From positions 1 to 64,000 of the forward strand of contig CAVVXT010000014.1 of assembly GCA_963752255.1 (NCBI GenBank): a stretch of DNA of 64,000 bases, in the 5' to 3' direction. How positions within the stretch are numbered: position 1 is the stretch's first letter; each line of letters opens with the position of its first letter. The notes under the pieces are model-generated. The model worked only from the letters and a program-made list of their open reading frames with translations, had not been told where the DNA came from and did no database searches. This document shows positions 29,347-40,149 of the stretch, piece after piece. The position numbers and the translations under genes are program-made. Source of the stretch: Nitrososphaeria archaeon (GTDB lineage Archaea > Thermoproteota > Nitrososphaeria > JACIWG01).

Positions 29347-29906
29347 GAGAGCTCTACCCAGCCCTCGCTCAACGATAACTTGTTTAAAAAGGGTTCGATA
29401 TTACTATAGGGTAGAACTGTGACATCCTCTTGTTCTAACGGACCGTATTTCTGAAGATCAACGCCCATGAACGGTGGAATATCTGCTTGGACCTTAACTA
29501 GTACAGCTCTTTTAGTAACCTTTCTCTTCATTTCATTTAACACACTTATGTTTCCTATTTCCATATTTTTAAGCAATTGATCAGTGGAAATCCTAAGTCG
29601 TTTATAAATTTCATACAAAAATCTTTCTTCTGGTGTCAAGTTTGAAAGGGTCAATTTTCCACTAGAATTTAGAAAAATTTTTTTAAATCTTGTTTCCAAA
29701 AGCCTTTTAATTAAAGACATAATAAGAGATCTCTCTTCTGAAGATAAGATGTTACTTATGGATTTTGAGTTATTTCCATTGTTACGACTTTGCTTAAAGT
29801 AAATCGCTACATTTTCATAAAGAGAATCATCTATTTTAGTCAAATCCGAATTTAAAACCTCTTTAAGAAGGTAATCGTAAATAATATCCATATTCAATGA
29901 TGACAT
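29343..29906 (-). CDS. GINS subunit (Gins15/51-type)
   Basis: R..KI, NLTPEE and FMGVDLQKYGP..DVTVLP; follows priS. Confidence 0.88.
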   Translation of the reverse strand: MSSLNMDIIYDYLLKEVLNSDLTKIDDSLYENVAIYFKQSRNNGNNSKSISNILSSEERSLIMSLIKRLLETRFKKIFLNSSGKLTLSNLTPEERFLYEIYKRLRISTDQLLKNMEIGNISVLNEMKRKVTKRAVLVKVQADIPPFMGVDLQKYGPLEQEDVTVLPYSNIEPFLNKLSLSEGWVELS

Positions 29907-29941
29907 CCAGCTTTATCATATCTCCTATAGTAGAGATGTTT

Positions 29942-31138
29942 TTATTTGTTTAGGTGATTCTGATCATTCTGCAATGGTTCAGCAAGATTCATTGCCACTA
30001 AAAATACAGCAGCCATTTCAGGTAGAGTCACTTCTTGGTTATTGTATGGTCCAAACTGTTGCTCCTTTAATTCGAATTTTGGAGAGTAGAAGACGTGAAC
30101 TTTGGTCGGTTCATCTGATAGCACTGCTGAATCTACTAGAGGTGAGAAGGAGTTTATATCTACAATTTTCTTCTTTACAAGACCAGTTCCACCATGCAGT
30201 GTATCAGGCATTCTGAAGATTCTATGTATATCTGTTGTAACGGCAACATCTATTTTTATGCTTAAGTTTTGTTTAATTGACTCGAGTATAGTTAAAAGAT
30301 CTTTGAATGAATTCTTTGAAATATATTCAGAAATTGTTTTCCTGAAGAAATCTTTGTCTAGGTCATTAATTTGTAAATGGAGTATTTTTTCACAAAAATC
30401 TTTTGAAAATCGTCCGGGCCAACCTTTCTCCCATGGTGTAGGAAAAAGTTGTTGCTCTGAAGATGAGCGTTCGTCTATGATCCTTTTAAGTCTAAATCCA
30501 TTTAATGTAAGGTAGTCGGAGAGCTCCAGTCTAAAGGTTTGATCAGCCTTCTCATATGGAGAATTTTCTACTGCAAGATGATATCCTCTTTTTCCTGAAA
30601 AGTATATTTTTAAATCGTTCTTTGACAGTCCAAAATCTCTGATAAGAACATCAGAGAGTTTAACAATTTCTTGTTTGCAATATTCTAAACCGTTCTTTGT
30701 AGCAATCTTGATTTCTTCTATTTTATGCGAACCACAATTTGTACAATTCTTCTTCGTACCAGAAAAGAAAGTTCTACAATCGTTACAAAAAAATAAAATC
30801 TCCATTAACCCTTCTACTTTAGGCAAATGATCTAAATCTATATCAAATATCAGATCTGCACCTTTCCAAACTCTAGAATTAATTGGGGCAGAGGGGTCAT
30901 CGTAATACGCTGAGGAATAATAAAAGGCTTTAGGGGCTTCATGCAATATTAACGCACTTAGTTCGCCTTCGTTTTTTATCTTTAAATTACGGATCATCCC
31001 ATCATGAGAAAAAGTAAGGTAACCAATTTCCCTTTCAGGCAACCTAGCTGGAATAGTTATTTTTGTTATATTGTTATAATAATACTTCTTAAAAATCTTC
31101 TTTAGAAAAACTTCTTTTTCTGTCAAAATTTTTTTCAC
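29942..31138 (-). CDS. priS: DNA primase small subunit
   Basis: DLIFDIDLD, FSGKRGYH, IDVAVT.D and RIFRMP. Confidence 0.95.
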   Translation of the reverse strand: MKKILTEKEVFLKKIFKKYYYNNITKITIPARLPEREIGYLTFSHDGMIRNLKIKNEGELSALILHEAPKAFYYSSAYYDDPSAPINSRVWKGADLIFDIDLDHLPKVEGLMEILFFCNDCRTFFSGTKKNCTNCGSHKIEEIKIATKNGLEYCKQEIVKLSDVLIRDFGLSKNDLKIYFSGKRGYHLAVENSPYEKADQTFRLELSDYLTLNGFRLKRIIDERSSSEQQLFPTPWEKGWPGRFSKDFCEKILHLQINDLDKDFFRKTISEYISKNSFKDLLTILESIKQNLSIKIDVAVTTDIHRIFRMPDTLHGGTGLVKKKIVDINSFSPLVDSAVLSDEPTKVHVFYSPKFELKEQQFGPYNNQEVTLPEMAAVFLVAMNLAEPLQNDQNHLNK

Positions 31139-32151
31139 CAGATTTTACTAAATGCCTTCCGTATTGAAAGGGATGCGAGACATTATAGCATGTTTGATTC
31201 TTAAAACATAAGGATTGAGCGAAAAGGGTTTTACAGTCTGGTACGTTGTATGCTTTCCTTCCTCCCCTTAAACCAGCAATATGTTCAACTTGATACCTTG
31301 CAACCTTTTCGTTGAAATCAGGAGAATTAGAGAAGAATTTTATTACATCATCAACGCTTTTTCCAGTTTTAAGCAAAAAGGCGGTTAAGAAGAAACGTTC
31401 AAAATGCGCTAGGTTTTCATTTGCTTGAGACCTAACAATAGCATGAGTTACACAAGGAGGGTACTCCGTTATCCTAGTTTCTTCAAATGCAGTCCTAGGT
31501 AGAGGACGATTTTTTATTATATCAACAAGATATTGTAATTGTTGAGGTATAGCAGGTGTAGCAGATTCTTTTATTCTTTTATATATTTCATGACGGATTT
31601 CGTCACGCGCAAGTCTTATTATTTCATTTCTTTTTACATAAACTAATCCACAGTCAATAATCCTATTAACAATTCTCCAATAATCACTTTTCAGCGGAGA
31701 AGATAGCGTCACGTAGTCAGTAATACTTACCAAATATTCATAGAAGGAATTTCCTATTGAATATTCGTTTTCGTATACTGGTATCTTTAAGATTTGTTGA
31801 ATAATATATGTTATTGTTTTCTTATTTTCAGTTTTTAGAAAAACTTCAGCACGACTTGCCTCGTTTAGAGAAAATCTAGAAATAGCGTCTTCTCTTTGAC
31901 TTGCTTTGATGACCGCGACTGTTAGAATAAAGGATAAAAGATCGGAATCGATATCCAAGACATAAAGTTCTGGAGGATATCTTGAAGATTTTAGCCTAGA
32001 CTCACATCTTTTAACTACTCTTTCAAATTCTTCGGAAGAAAGATCATCTAGGGTTAATCCCAGCTGAGATACCCGCGTTCTAGCTTCTTCTAAAAATGGG
32101 TACTTTGCTAAGTCTTCTTCGCCTAAAATGACCTTTTCCGTAGTTTTCCAT
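31089..32151 (-). CDS. priL: DNA primase large subunit (ATG at 32151 one base out of frame)
   Basis: DLAKYPFLEEA upstream of the tracked start; YPPC, H.ERF, YQVEHIAG and Fe-S cysteines. Confidence 0.93.
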
Positions 32152-32244
32152 CTCCTCTTTTATTTTTAGAGGAACCTATTTAATAAGTTTCGTGGAAAAG
32201 TTTTAATTGTTAATAACATTGACAGAAGTAGTAATATAGCAGGC

Positions 32245-34407
32245 ATGAGTTTTATAAATTTAGAGTTCATAAAAGAAAATAAGGTGGAAAAGAGAGACTA
32301 TCAGGATAGACTTTCTGACATCTGCCTTAGACAAAACTGTCTAATCATAGCACCTACTGGTTTGGGAAAAACGATCATAGCAGCTTTATTTATCGCTAAA
32401 AGTTTGATAGAAGAACAAAATCGAAGATTTTTATTGATCGCACCAACTAGAGTCTTAGTAGGCCAACACACAACGACTTTAAAAGATGTACTTAGTTTAG
32501 ATCCAGAAACAATCACAGAAATAACCGGTGAAGATAGTATAGAAAAGAGGATAGAGAGATGGAAAAAGAAAATAGTTGTAGCAACTTCTGAAATTACTAT
32601 AAGTGATTTAGATAAAGGTATTTTTAAGCCAGAAGAATTCTATTCAATAATATTCGATGAAGCCCATCACGCAATTGGTAACCATCCTTATACTTTACTT
32701 AGTAGCAGTATTCACATCAGGAAACCTGACATTCGTGTCATTGGATTTACTGCATCTCCACCGTCAGAAAAAGATAAACAAGAGGAGGTGTTAAACAAAC
32801 TTAACATAAAGCACGTAGAGGTTATCACAGAAAACAGCCCGGAAGTGAAGAAATACTTTCTTGGATCTGAAATGGAGATCATTAAAATAAAACCCACGCC
32901 AGCACTATTAAAGATCAGACAAGACTTATTGACAACAATTCAAAGAATTAGGGAGAATCTGGATAAAAAAGGCATTTTAGGGAATGTTGAAACATCGTCA
33001 CTTAAAAAATTAATTGAAATTGGAAAAAAAGATCTCGGAATTGAGGAAAGAAGTCAGATAACATCTCTGATAAGATTGTATCATTGTCTAGATATAGCAG
33101 AATCTCATGGAATAGAACCTTTTATTATCTTCTGTGAAAAGATATTTTTGAAAAGAGGAAAAAGCGCGGCGAATTTAAGGGATGACCTGAACTTTAAAGC
33201 AGCTTATGAAACAGCAAAAAGTATGTTGATTGTAAGAGAAGAACATCCTAAAGTCTTAGAATTAAAGAAAATTCTAAAAAACAAGAATGAAGGAGATAGA
33301 GTAATTATCTTTTCTAATTATAAAGACACTATTAAAATGCTTTATGAAAAGGCCTTGTTATGGGGACTTAGTGCAGATTATTTAATAGGAAAAAGAGGAG
33401 AATTCAGTCAAAGCCAAAAAAAGCAGTTAGAAACTTTAAACAAAATGAACAAGGGTGAAAAAAATATACTCTTCGCAACTAGAGTGGGGGAAGAAGGCCT
33501 TGACATAATAGAATGTAATTTAGTGATATTCTATGACAGTATATCTGATGCTGTTAGATTTATTCAAAGAAAAGGTAGAACAGGGAGAAAGAAAAAAGGT
33601 AGGGTCCTTGTTCTAGTCATGGAAGGTACGAAGGAAGAAGTATTATTCTGGATAGGCAAAAAAAGAATTGAGAAAGGAATGGAAATTATAAAAAAAAGTG
33701 AAGTAGCGCAGAATACAGTTCCTTTGGAACGATTTATCAATGGGAAAAATCAAGGAGTAAAAGTAATAGTTGATACACGTGAGAACATAGTCATTAAGAC
33801 TATGTTGAATAATAATCCTAATATTGACGTTGAAGAACAAATGTTGGATGTAGGGGATTTTGTTCTTTCTGAAGATGTCTGTGTAGAAAGGAAAACGTTA
33901 AAGGACTTTGCGTCTTCAATAATTGATGGCAGGTTATTTCCTCAACTAATTCAATTAAAACAAAAATATAGTAAACCTATTCTAATATTAGAAAAAGGTC
34001 CACAATCAGATAGAATTAGCCAGAATGCATTTTTTGGAGCTTTAGCGAGCGTTATTACAGACTTTAACATAGCTCTAATTATAACCGAGTCTACAGAAGA
34101 GAGTGCAGCTCTAATGTATGTAATAGCAAAAAGGGAGCAAGTAGAGAAAAAAAAGGGTATTAAAATTCGTGAAGGTGAAAAACCTATTAGCATAAAGGAA
34201 ATCCAAAGGTACATTTTGGCTGGAATGCCAGGTGTAAGTAACATCTTAGCAACCCGTTTACTTGAAAGGTTTGGAACTTTACAAAATGTGTTTAATGCAT
34301 CAGAAAATGAGTTATTTGATGTAAAAGGTATAGGAGACGTTATGGCAAAAAGAATAAAAGAAATAACTATAGCTGATTTTAATAAAAATCAAAATAAATG
34401 CAATTAA
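32245..34407 (+). CDS. hef: Hef/FANCM helicase fused to an XPF/ERCC4 nuclease
   Basis: PTGLGKT, DEAHH, TASP, EEGLDI, QRKGRTGR; then VDTRE, GDF, ERKT and tandem HhH. Confidence 0.93.
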   Translation: MSFINLEFIKENKVEKRDYQDRLSDICLRQNCLIIAPTGLGKTIIAALFIAKSLIEEQNRRFLLIAPTRVLVGQHTTTLKDVLSLDPETITEITGEDSIEKRIERWKKKIVVATSEITISDLDKGIFKPEEFYSIIFDEAHHAIGNHPYTLLSSSIHIRKPDIRVIGFTASPPSEKDKQEEVLNKLNIKHVEVITENSPEVKKYFLGSEMEIIKIKPTPALLKIRQDLLTTIQRIRENLDKKGILGNVETSSLKKLIEIGKKDLGIEERSQITSLIRLYHCLDIAESHGIEPFIIFCEKIFLKRGKSAANLRDDLNFKAAYETAKSMLIVREEHPKVLELKKILKNKNEGDRVIIFSNYKDTIKMLYEKALLWGLSADYLIGKRGEFSQSQKKQLETLNKMNKGEKNILFATRVGEEGLDIIECNLVIFYDSISDAVRFIQRKGRTGRKKKGRVLVLVMEGTKEEVLFWIGKKRIEKGMEIIKKSEVAQNTVPLERFINGKNQGVKVIVDTRENIVIKTMLNNNPNIDVEEQMLDVGDFVLSEDVCVERKTLKDFASSIIDGRLFPQLIQLKQKYSKPILILEKGPQSDRISQNAFFGALASVITDFNIALIITESTEESAALMYVIAKREQVEKKKGIKIREGEKPISIKEIQRYILAGMPGVSNILATRLLERFGTLQNVFNASENELFDVKGIGDVMAKRIKEITIADFNKNQNKCN

Positions 34408-34413
34408 TAAATT

Positions 34414-34749
34414 ATGGTACATAACAGAAAGCTTTATGGTTATATTAAAACAAGAGAGATAAGGGAGGGATGTAAATTGTTAACTACAAATAAAGAGAAT
34501 CAAGAAAGAGTAACTAAAACATTATCTGTACTACAAGGAATATCGGAAACAGTTACAGTTCCAAGAAATATACGTAAAACAATAAAAGAAATAATGACAG
34601 ATTTACAGAAAGGAGCAGGTAAACTAGGTGTAAGAGCGGCAAACGCAGTAGCAACATTAACTGAAATAAGTGAAGACCCCAATTTGCCAATTTTTGCAAG
34701 AGTAAAAATTTATGATGCAATCAGTTGTTTGGAAAATATCCGTGATTAA
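34414..34749 (+). CDS. UPF0147 family protein (start probably near 34477)
   Basis: TVPRNIRK..RAANAV..EISEDPNLP..R. Confidence 0.9.
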   Translation: MVHNRKLYGYIKTREIREGCKLLTTNKENQERVTKTLSVLQGISETVTVPRNIRKTIKEIMTDLQKGAGKLGVRAANAVATLTEISEDPNLPIFARVKIYDAISCLENIRD

Positions 34750-34909
34750 TAATAAAATGGTAAATATAATAAATTCTTCGGGATTATTATTATATGCGTA
34801 GGTTCCTCAGTATTTAAATAATTAATTCAGATAATTAATTAATTTCTAGCGCAGCAAACTAGAAAAACGTTCTTTATTTTCAGATAAGCATAACGACCTT
34901 CAAAGAAAA

Positions 34910-34997
34910 TGGTGCGGGGGGTGGGATTTGAACCCACGAACCCCTGCGAGACGAGGTTCTGAGCCTCGCGCCTTTGACCTATCTTGGCAACCCCCGC
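34910..34997 (-). tRNA. tRNA-Leu (CAG), CCA encoded
   Basis: Cloverleaf with long variable arm; CGAGG-CTCAGAA-CCTCG. Confidence 0.95.
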
Positions 34998-35051
34998 TCG
35001 TTAATAGACTTCTATCCTTTTTTATATGAACTTTTCATAAAAAAAAGAAAA

Positions 35052-35150
35052 CGCCGGGGAAGGGACTTGAACCCTTGAAACGGTAGAGCCGTTACCGGCT
35101 ATCTTGTTGGATCTCGAGGCCGGCCCTTTCGACCACTCAGGCACCCCGGC
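35052..35150 (-). tRNA. tRNA-Ser (CGA) with a 12-nt intron at 37/38 (35101-35112)
   Basis: CCGGC-CTCGAG^ATCCAACAAGAT^A-GCCGG, relaxed BHB; long variable arm. Confidence 0.92.
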
Positions 35151-35191
35151 TTAAATGATACTTTAAGAACATGATTTAAAAAGTTTAATAT

Positions 35192-35875
35192 TTATAATTC
35201 GTAATCGAACAATTTATTGAATTCTTCTTCGGCGGATTTGATCCTTACCTGTCTTTTAGTGAATATATCTAAAGCAGTTAGTATGTCGTTAGGCTCTTCA
35301 CCCTCCTTCATTTCATCTTGATAAATAGTTTTGGCCTTACGCAGTATGTCACCATTCAACTTAGAGTCAATATAGTCGGCAAGGTGAACGATCATGGCTT
35401 CTAAGGTTTCTGGCCTTACAGGCCCTGAATCTCCATGATGAGCTGCCACAGCGTGCACGACTTTAAATGGAAACTTATTCTGAGTCAACTTTATAACAAT
35501 CATAACGAGATGATCCATATAATTTCCCAAAGGTGAATTTGAAGTAGGATCATTGTTATCATATGTGTAAGGCTTGAAAAGATCGTGAAGTAGACATGCG
35601 GCGATAACGGTGTCTTTATCAGTTTTATACCCGTAGATCTCATCAAGCTGTTGAGATATTGATAATCCTATTTTAGTTGTCGATAAAGTATGATCAATGA
35701 GCCCACCTGTATATGAATGATGAACTTTCTTAGCAGCAGGTGATAATCTGAAAGATTCCTTAAAAAGTGTTGAATTCAAAAGGCCAATCGTTTTTTGTTG
35801 TAATACAGGGTCTTTTATTATATTAGCAAAAACTTTTATTTCATCGATTTTTAAATCAATATTATTAGCCATCAC
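35192..35875 (-). CDS. HD-domain protein (YhaM-like)
   Basis: SPAAKKVHHSYTGGLIDHT, LLHDLFK, AHHG and HLADY.D. Confidence 0.85.
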   Translation of the reverse strand: MMANNIDLKIDEIKVFANIIKDPVLQQKTIGLLNSTLFKESFRLSPAAKKVHHSYTGGLIDHTLSTTKIGLSISQQLDEIYGYKTDKDTVIAACLLHDLFKPYTYDNNDPTSNSPLGNYMDHLVMIVIKLTQNKFPFKVVHAVAAHHGDSGPVRPETLEAMIVHLADYIDSKLNGDILRKAKTIYQDEMKEGEEPNDILTALDIFTKRQVRIKSAEEEFNKLFDYEL

Positions 35876-35968
35876 AATTGCACGACAATCTAGTAGTTGT
35901 TTAATATTTATATCATTTATTTATAATTTATAAAATACGTTTTATAATACTTATAGTGGCATAAAAGT

Positions 35969-37453
35969 TTGTCCCTTGATCAAATAGAAAGTATTGTCTA
36001 TGAGTTAACGAAAAAAGGCTTTCAGCTTGATCCAGGGGCTTATAATAAAATATCAGAATTTCTAAATTTAAATAACGATATTGATTTAAAGAAATCTCTG
36101 CTAGAAATTGTAGAAGAAAAGAAAAAGGTTGACCAAACTAATATCTTCATAAACGAAAGTGACATTGTTTCTCTTTTTCCAAAAAAAGAAGAATTAATTA
36201 ATGAAAATCTAGTATATGATGAAATCCAAGCAGAAATTAAATTAGTCAGGGATCCTGGAAACGACATTGAAATGTTAGAAGGAATAGATGGTTTTAAGAA
36301 TTATTTTCTAGATCGATATAATAAACTAATGAAAATTGTAAATAGCCGTGCTTTCCAAAAAACTATTACAAAAATAGATCAAGTCAATAATAATACTAAA
36401 AATGTAAGAATTGCAGGTCTTGTTAAAGAAAAAAAAGTTTCAAAAGAAAAAACATTATTAGAAATAGAAGATGACACAGGCGTATTAAGAATTATAGCTA
36501 AATCAGAACCTCATACACAGGCTGCAATTGAAGCTTTGCTAGATCAAATGTTAATTGTTGACATAGCTACATTTAATGGAGGAGTAGCCTTTGCATCCAG
36601 AATAGAGTTTCCAGAAATACCAGATAGAATATTTCATAGTAGTTCTTCTGAGATTTACGCATTACTCCTATCTGACTTGCATATAGGAAGTAAAACATTT
36701 CAAAAGGAAGCTTTTGAACATCTTATTCACTGGCTAAAGGGATACCATGGCGAACGTGAAATAGTGAAGAAGATTAAGTATATTATAATTGCTGGTGATA
36801 TTGTCGATGGAGTTGGTGTCTATCCTCATCAAGATGACGATCTAGAAATAACTAATATTAATGAACAGTACTTTCTTGCAGCACAATACATAGAACAACT
36901 ACCAAAAAATATGCAAATAATAATAATTCCAGGAAATCATGATGCAATTCGACAAGCGTTACCCCAACCATCGATACCAAAGAAATATAGTCAGGAACTT
37001 TATAGACTACAAAATGTTAAAATATACGGAAATCCTTTAGAAGTCAAATTAAACGGAGTGAACTTTCTAATTTACCATGGTAGAAGCTTAGATGATGTTT
37101 TTGCTCATTCACCAACGGTAGAATCGGCGAAACCGGAAAACGCAATGAAAACTCTGTTAAGAGCCAGACATCTTGCACCAATATTTGGAGGACGTACAAT
37201 AATAGCACCATCAAAAGAAGACACTCTAGTAATAGAAAATCCTCCTGATGTATTCCATGCTGGCCACGTACATGTTTTTGGATATTCAAAATATAGAAGT
37301 ACTTTAATCGTAAACTCAGGTACATTTCAAGGCCAAACTTCTTATCAAAAGTCTATAGGGATAAATCCTACGCCAGGAATAGCAGCTGTAATAAACTTAA
37401 AATCGTTAGAAATTTATGAAAAAGACTTCAATAAAATTGCTATTATTCAATAG
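35969..37453 (+). CDS. polB: DNA polymerase D small (exonuclease) subunit DP1
   Basis: SDLHIGS, AGDIVDG, PGNHD, YHGRS, RHLAP and GHVH. Confidence 0.95.
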   Translation: MSLDQIESIVYELTKKGFQLDPGAYNKISEFLNLNNDIDLKKSLLEIVEEKKKVDQTNIFINESDIVSLFPKKEELINENLVYDEIQAEIKLVRDPGNDIEMLEGIDGFKNYFLDRYNKLMKIVNSRAFQKTITKIDQVNNNTKNVRIAGLVKEKKVSKEKTLLEIEDDTGVLRIIAKSEPHTQAAIEALLDQMLIVDIATFNGGVAFASRIEFPEIPDRIFHSSSSEIYALLLSDLHIGSKTFQKEAFEHLIHWLKGYHGEREIVKKIKYIIIAGDIVDGVGVYPHQDDDLEITNINEQYFLAAQYIEQLPKNMQIIIIPGNHDAIRQALPQPSIPKKYSQELYRLQNVKIYGNPLEVKLNGVNFLIYHGRSLDDVFAHSPTVESAKPENAMKTLLRARHLAPIFGGRTIIAPSKEDTLVIENPPDVFHAGHVHVFGYSKYRSTLIVNSGTFQGQTSYQKSIGINPTPGIAAVINLKSLEIYEKDFNKIAIIQ

Positions 37454-38657
37454 ATTCAATTTTGTTTATGATTTCTAATAGAATAGGATCATTTGATAAA
37501 ACAGATTTTATTGTTGAATAAGGAATAAGAAGTTTAGGCCTCTTGCTTCTTCCTTGCCTTCCCATGCTAGTCGTATAGGCAGATAGAATACCAAGCATAG
37601 ATAATTCGTTTAATAAACCACTTACACGCCTAGGAGTCAATTCTTGGACACCTAAATTATTGCAATATGAGCAGTAGCTAGTGTAAACAGCACCTGTAGA
37701 TAAACTGTCTTTAATAGATGCTACACTTAAAACAATAAGTTTACTATGTAAAGGGAGTGACTTTAACGCATCAGATAACCTATCTTGATCTATTTTTAGA
37801 AGGGCTTCTCTAATTTGTTGCTCCTCAACATTTTTTAAACCGCTTCTTTCAGAAATTTCGCCTGCAACTCTTACAAGATCAACAGCACGTCTAGCATCAC
37901 CGTGTTCAGAAGCTGCTAAAGCAGAAGCAAGATTAAGTGCTGAATCTGCAAATACATTTGGCATAAAACCTAACTTAACACGTTCAGAAAGTATGACTTT
38001 AAGTTCCTCAGCTGTATAAGGTGGAAATACTAATTCTTCTTCGCTTAGACTACTTAAGACCCTAGGATCAAGGAAGTCCTTAAAAGTTAAATCATTAGAA
38101 ATACCAAGTATAGATAGGAATCCTCCCGATAATTTTTCATTTGACCTAGTCAATTCATAAAGTAAATCATCGCCATGGCTCTTCACTAAAAAATCTATTT
38201 CATCCAATGTAATAATGCCTAACAAATTCTCTCTTGAAATTGTTTTAAATATTCTATCAAAAATTTCACTAATAGAAAGACCAGTGTGAGGAACAATAAT
38301 ACCAAAATCTCTTGCCACTTCATATAAAATACGATATTCTGTACCGGCCATTCTAGTATTAACATATGAAAATTTGAACTGTATTTCTTTAGATGATGCT
38401 GTTTTTTTTAATCTGGAAAGAACGAAATTAGCGACAGCAGTTTTTCCTGTACCAGTCTTACCATATAAAAAAATATTAGAAGGTCTAACACCATGGAGAA
38501 CTGGCGAGATGGCCTCTGCAATAATTTTTATTTGATCATCTCTAAAATAAAGTTTATCAGGAATATAATCAGATCTTAAAGAATTTCTATCTAGAAAAAT
38601 ATTCGCGCTTTTTAGAGCTCTAGAAAAAATATCATCGATAGAGGAGTTATTGTACAT
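37443..38657 (-). CDS. cdc6: Orc1/Cdc6 replication initiator
   Basis: YGKTGTGKT, LDEID, LDPRVLSSL, FPPY, HGDARRA and C-terminal wHTH. Confidence 0.96.
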   Translation of the reverse strand: MYNNSSIDDIFSRALKSANIFLDRNSLRSDYIPDKLYFRDDQIKIIAEAISPVLHGVRPSNIFLYGKTGTGKTAVANFVLSRLKKTASSKEIQFKFSYVNTRMAGTEYRILYEVARDFGIIVPHTGLSISEIFDRIFKTISRENLLGIITLDEIDFLVKSHGDDLLYELTRSNEKLSGGFLSILGISNDLTFKDFLDPRVLSSLSEEELVFPPYTAEELKVILSERVKLGFMPNVFADSALNLASALAASEHGDARRAVDLVRVAGEISERSGLKNVEEQQIREALLKIDQDRLSDALKSLPLHSKLIVLSVASIKDSLSTGAVYTSYCSYCNNLGVQELTPRRVSGLLNELSMLGILSAYTTSMGRQGRSKRPKLLIPYSTIKSVLSNDPILLEIINKIESIE

Positions 38658-38659
38658 AT

Positions 38660-39160
38660 ACTATCATTTCCATTGAACAACTATTTATCATTTTTAACCA
38701 CCCCTACATTTCCCCTGTAAATAATAAAATAAAATTATGTTAAGTAATTTGATTATGTAAATAATAATCCGATTTAAATTACAATTTAAAAAATAAATTA
38801 TATATTGTCATATACTATAAACAAGATAGTTAAATTTCTTAAACATGTGATTATCACATCATTTCCTTTAAGATTCTACTGGAAGAAATGGGGTAGCTAT
38901 ATTTTGTTAAAACTTAAAATTAATATAATTAAGCTAACCCCTTTATTTCCATTGGAGCCTATTTTTGGCTAATTAACAGTTAACAAACAATAAGCAAGAC
39001 CCCTTTGTTTCCACTGGAGATAAATAAGAAATAAAAATATTAAAACTAATTATGCTGCTAACAAGATCTTTAGAATAAACCTTGTAAATTTTCTTAAATT
39101 AAAAGGTTAACAAGTTAACAGTTTATCCATTTATCTTCAAAGATATTAATAGCTAATTAA
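38660..39160. other. Replication origin (oriC) with ORB elements and an AT-rich unwinding region
   Basis: ORBs TCCAGTGGAAACAAAGGGG (minus, 39000-39018) and TCCAATGGAAATAAAGGGG (minus, 38938-38956); weaker copies at 38874-38893, 38701-38720 and 38665-38678; directly upstream of cdc6. Confidence 0.9.
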
Positions 39161-39162
39161 GC

Positions 39163-39564
39163 ATGCATGCTAATTCTAAAAGGATAAAAATAGAATTTCA
39201 AGACTCTAGTGGAAAGAAAATAAAGATAGAGTTCAATGGTAATACCACTGGTCAAGAGATACAAAGAATTTATGATTTTTTATGTGATTCCCCTGTACTG
39301 CCAAATGACTTAGGTCTTAATGTTGAAGAAAGGGATACAAAATTTCAAAAGTTTTCAGATATAATAATAAAACATTTCCCTATTGGAGAGTTTACTTCTT
39401 CAGATGCTCTACTCATTACACAAGAAGTATTAGGAGAACAAATAAAACATGCATTAATTTCAACATATCTTATGAGATTAGTTGATAGAAGCCAGTTAAA
39501 TAGGAAATGGAGTTCAGCAGGATGGGTATATTCTTTAATTAAAAAATCTATTATTCAACAATAA
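39163..39564 (+). CDS. Hypothetical protein with a probable C-terminal winged helix
   Basis: EFTSSD..ISTYLMRLVDR..GWVYSL. Confidence 0.7.
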   Translation: MHANSKRIKIEFQDSSGKKIKIEFNGNTTGQEIQRIYDFLCDSPVLPNDLGLNVEERDTKFQKFSDIIIKHFPIGEFTSSDALLITQEVLGEQIKHALISTYLMRLVDRSQLNRKWSSAGWVYSLIKKSIIQQ

Positions 39565-40102
39565 TTCTTTTACCTTGATCTGTTATAAAATAAACAAAAT
39601 ATTTTCCTTTATTTTCCCTTCCCAAGTATTTTTTCTCAAATAAAATTTTTAATAATCTTGCAGTATGTTCTCTTGACTTCTTGATTGAGTCTTGTACTTC
39701 TTTAGAAGTCTTCGGGCTATCTGATATAAACTTTAGAATAAGAAGTTCTATAGGTCCTATATTTTTGTTTAATATATTAACAGACTTATCAATGTATGAG
39801 GATAATATTTTCATTGATGTTCCTTTTTGACTTAATTCGAAGGCTTTTCTTTGGTTGTTTTTTTCAGAAAATTTTTGGTCTAAAACATCTATTTTAACCA
39901 TCAACTCTGCAATTTTTCGATTCTGATTTTCTTCTCTATTATTAAATTCGTTTATTATAACTTTGACAATTCCATAATCCTGTTCAACTTTGTTCTTTTC
40001 TGTTCGTGACTTACTTAAATTATAAAATAGATACACTGAGATAACAATAAGTAATGTTGCAATAGTGACGACTATGATGTCATAACTGGACATGCAACAC
40101 AT
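39551..40102 (-). CDS. Membrane-anchored coiled-coil protein with a C-terminal winged HTH
   Basis: N-terminal TM helix; KSREHTARLLKILFEKKYL.R..FVY.IT..G. Confidence 0.75.
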   Translation of the reverse strand: MCCMSSYDIIVVTIATLLIVISVYLFYNLSKSRTEKNKVEQDYGIVKVIINEFNNREENQNRKIAELMVKIDVLDQKFSEKNNQRKAFELSQKGTSMKILSSYIDKSVNILNKNIGPIELLILKFISDSPKTSKEVQDSIKKSREHTARLLKILFEKKYLGRENKGKYFVYFITDQGKRIIVE

Positions 40103-40149
40103 AATATCACAAAAAAAGAATTTAAACTTTTTTTAAAAAATATATTAAA

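Noticed and set aside
32135-32160. priL pseudogene or intron at the 5' end
   Set aside because: The gene is essential, one extra A after the ATG explains the break, and no BHB was found.
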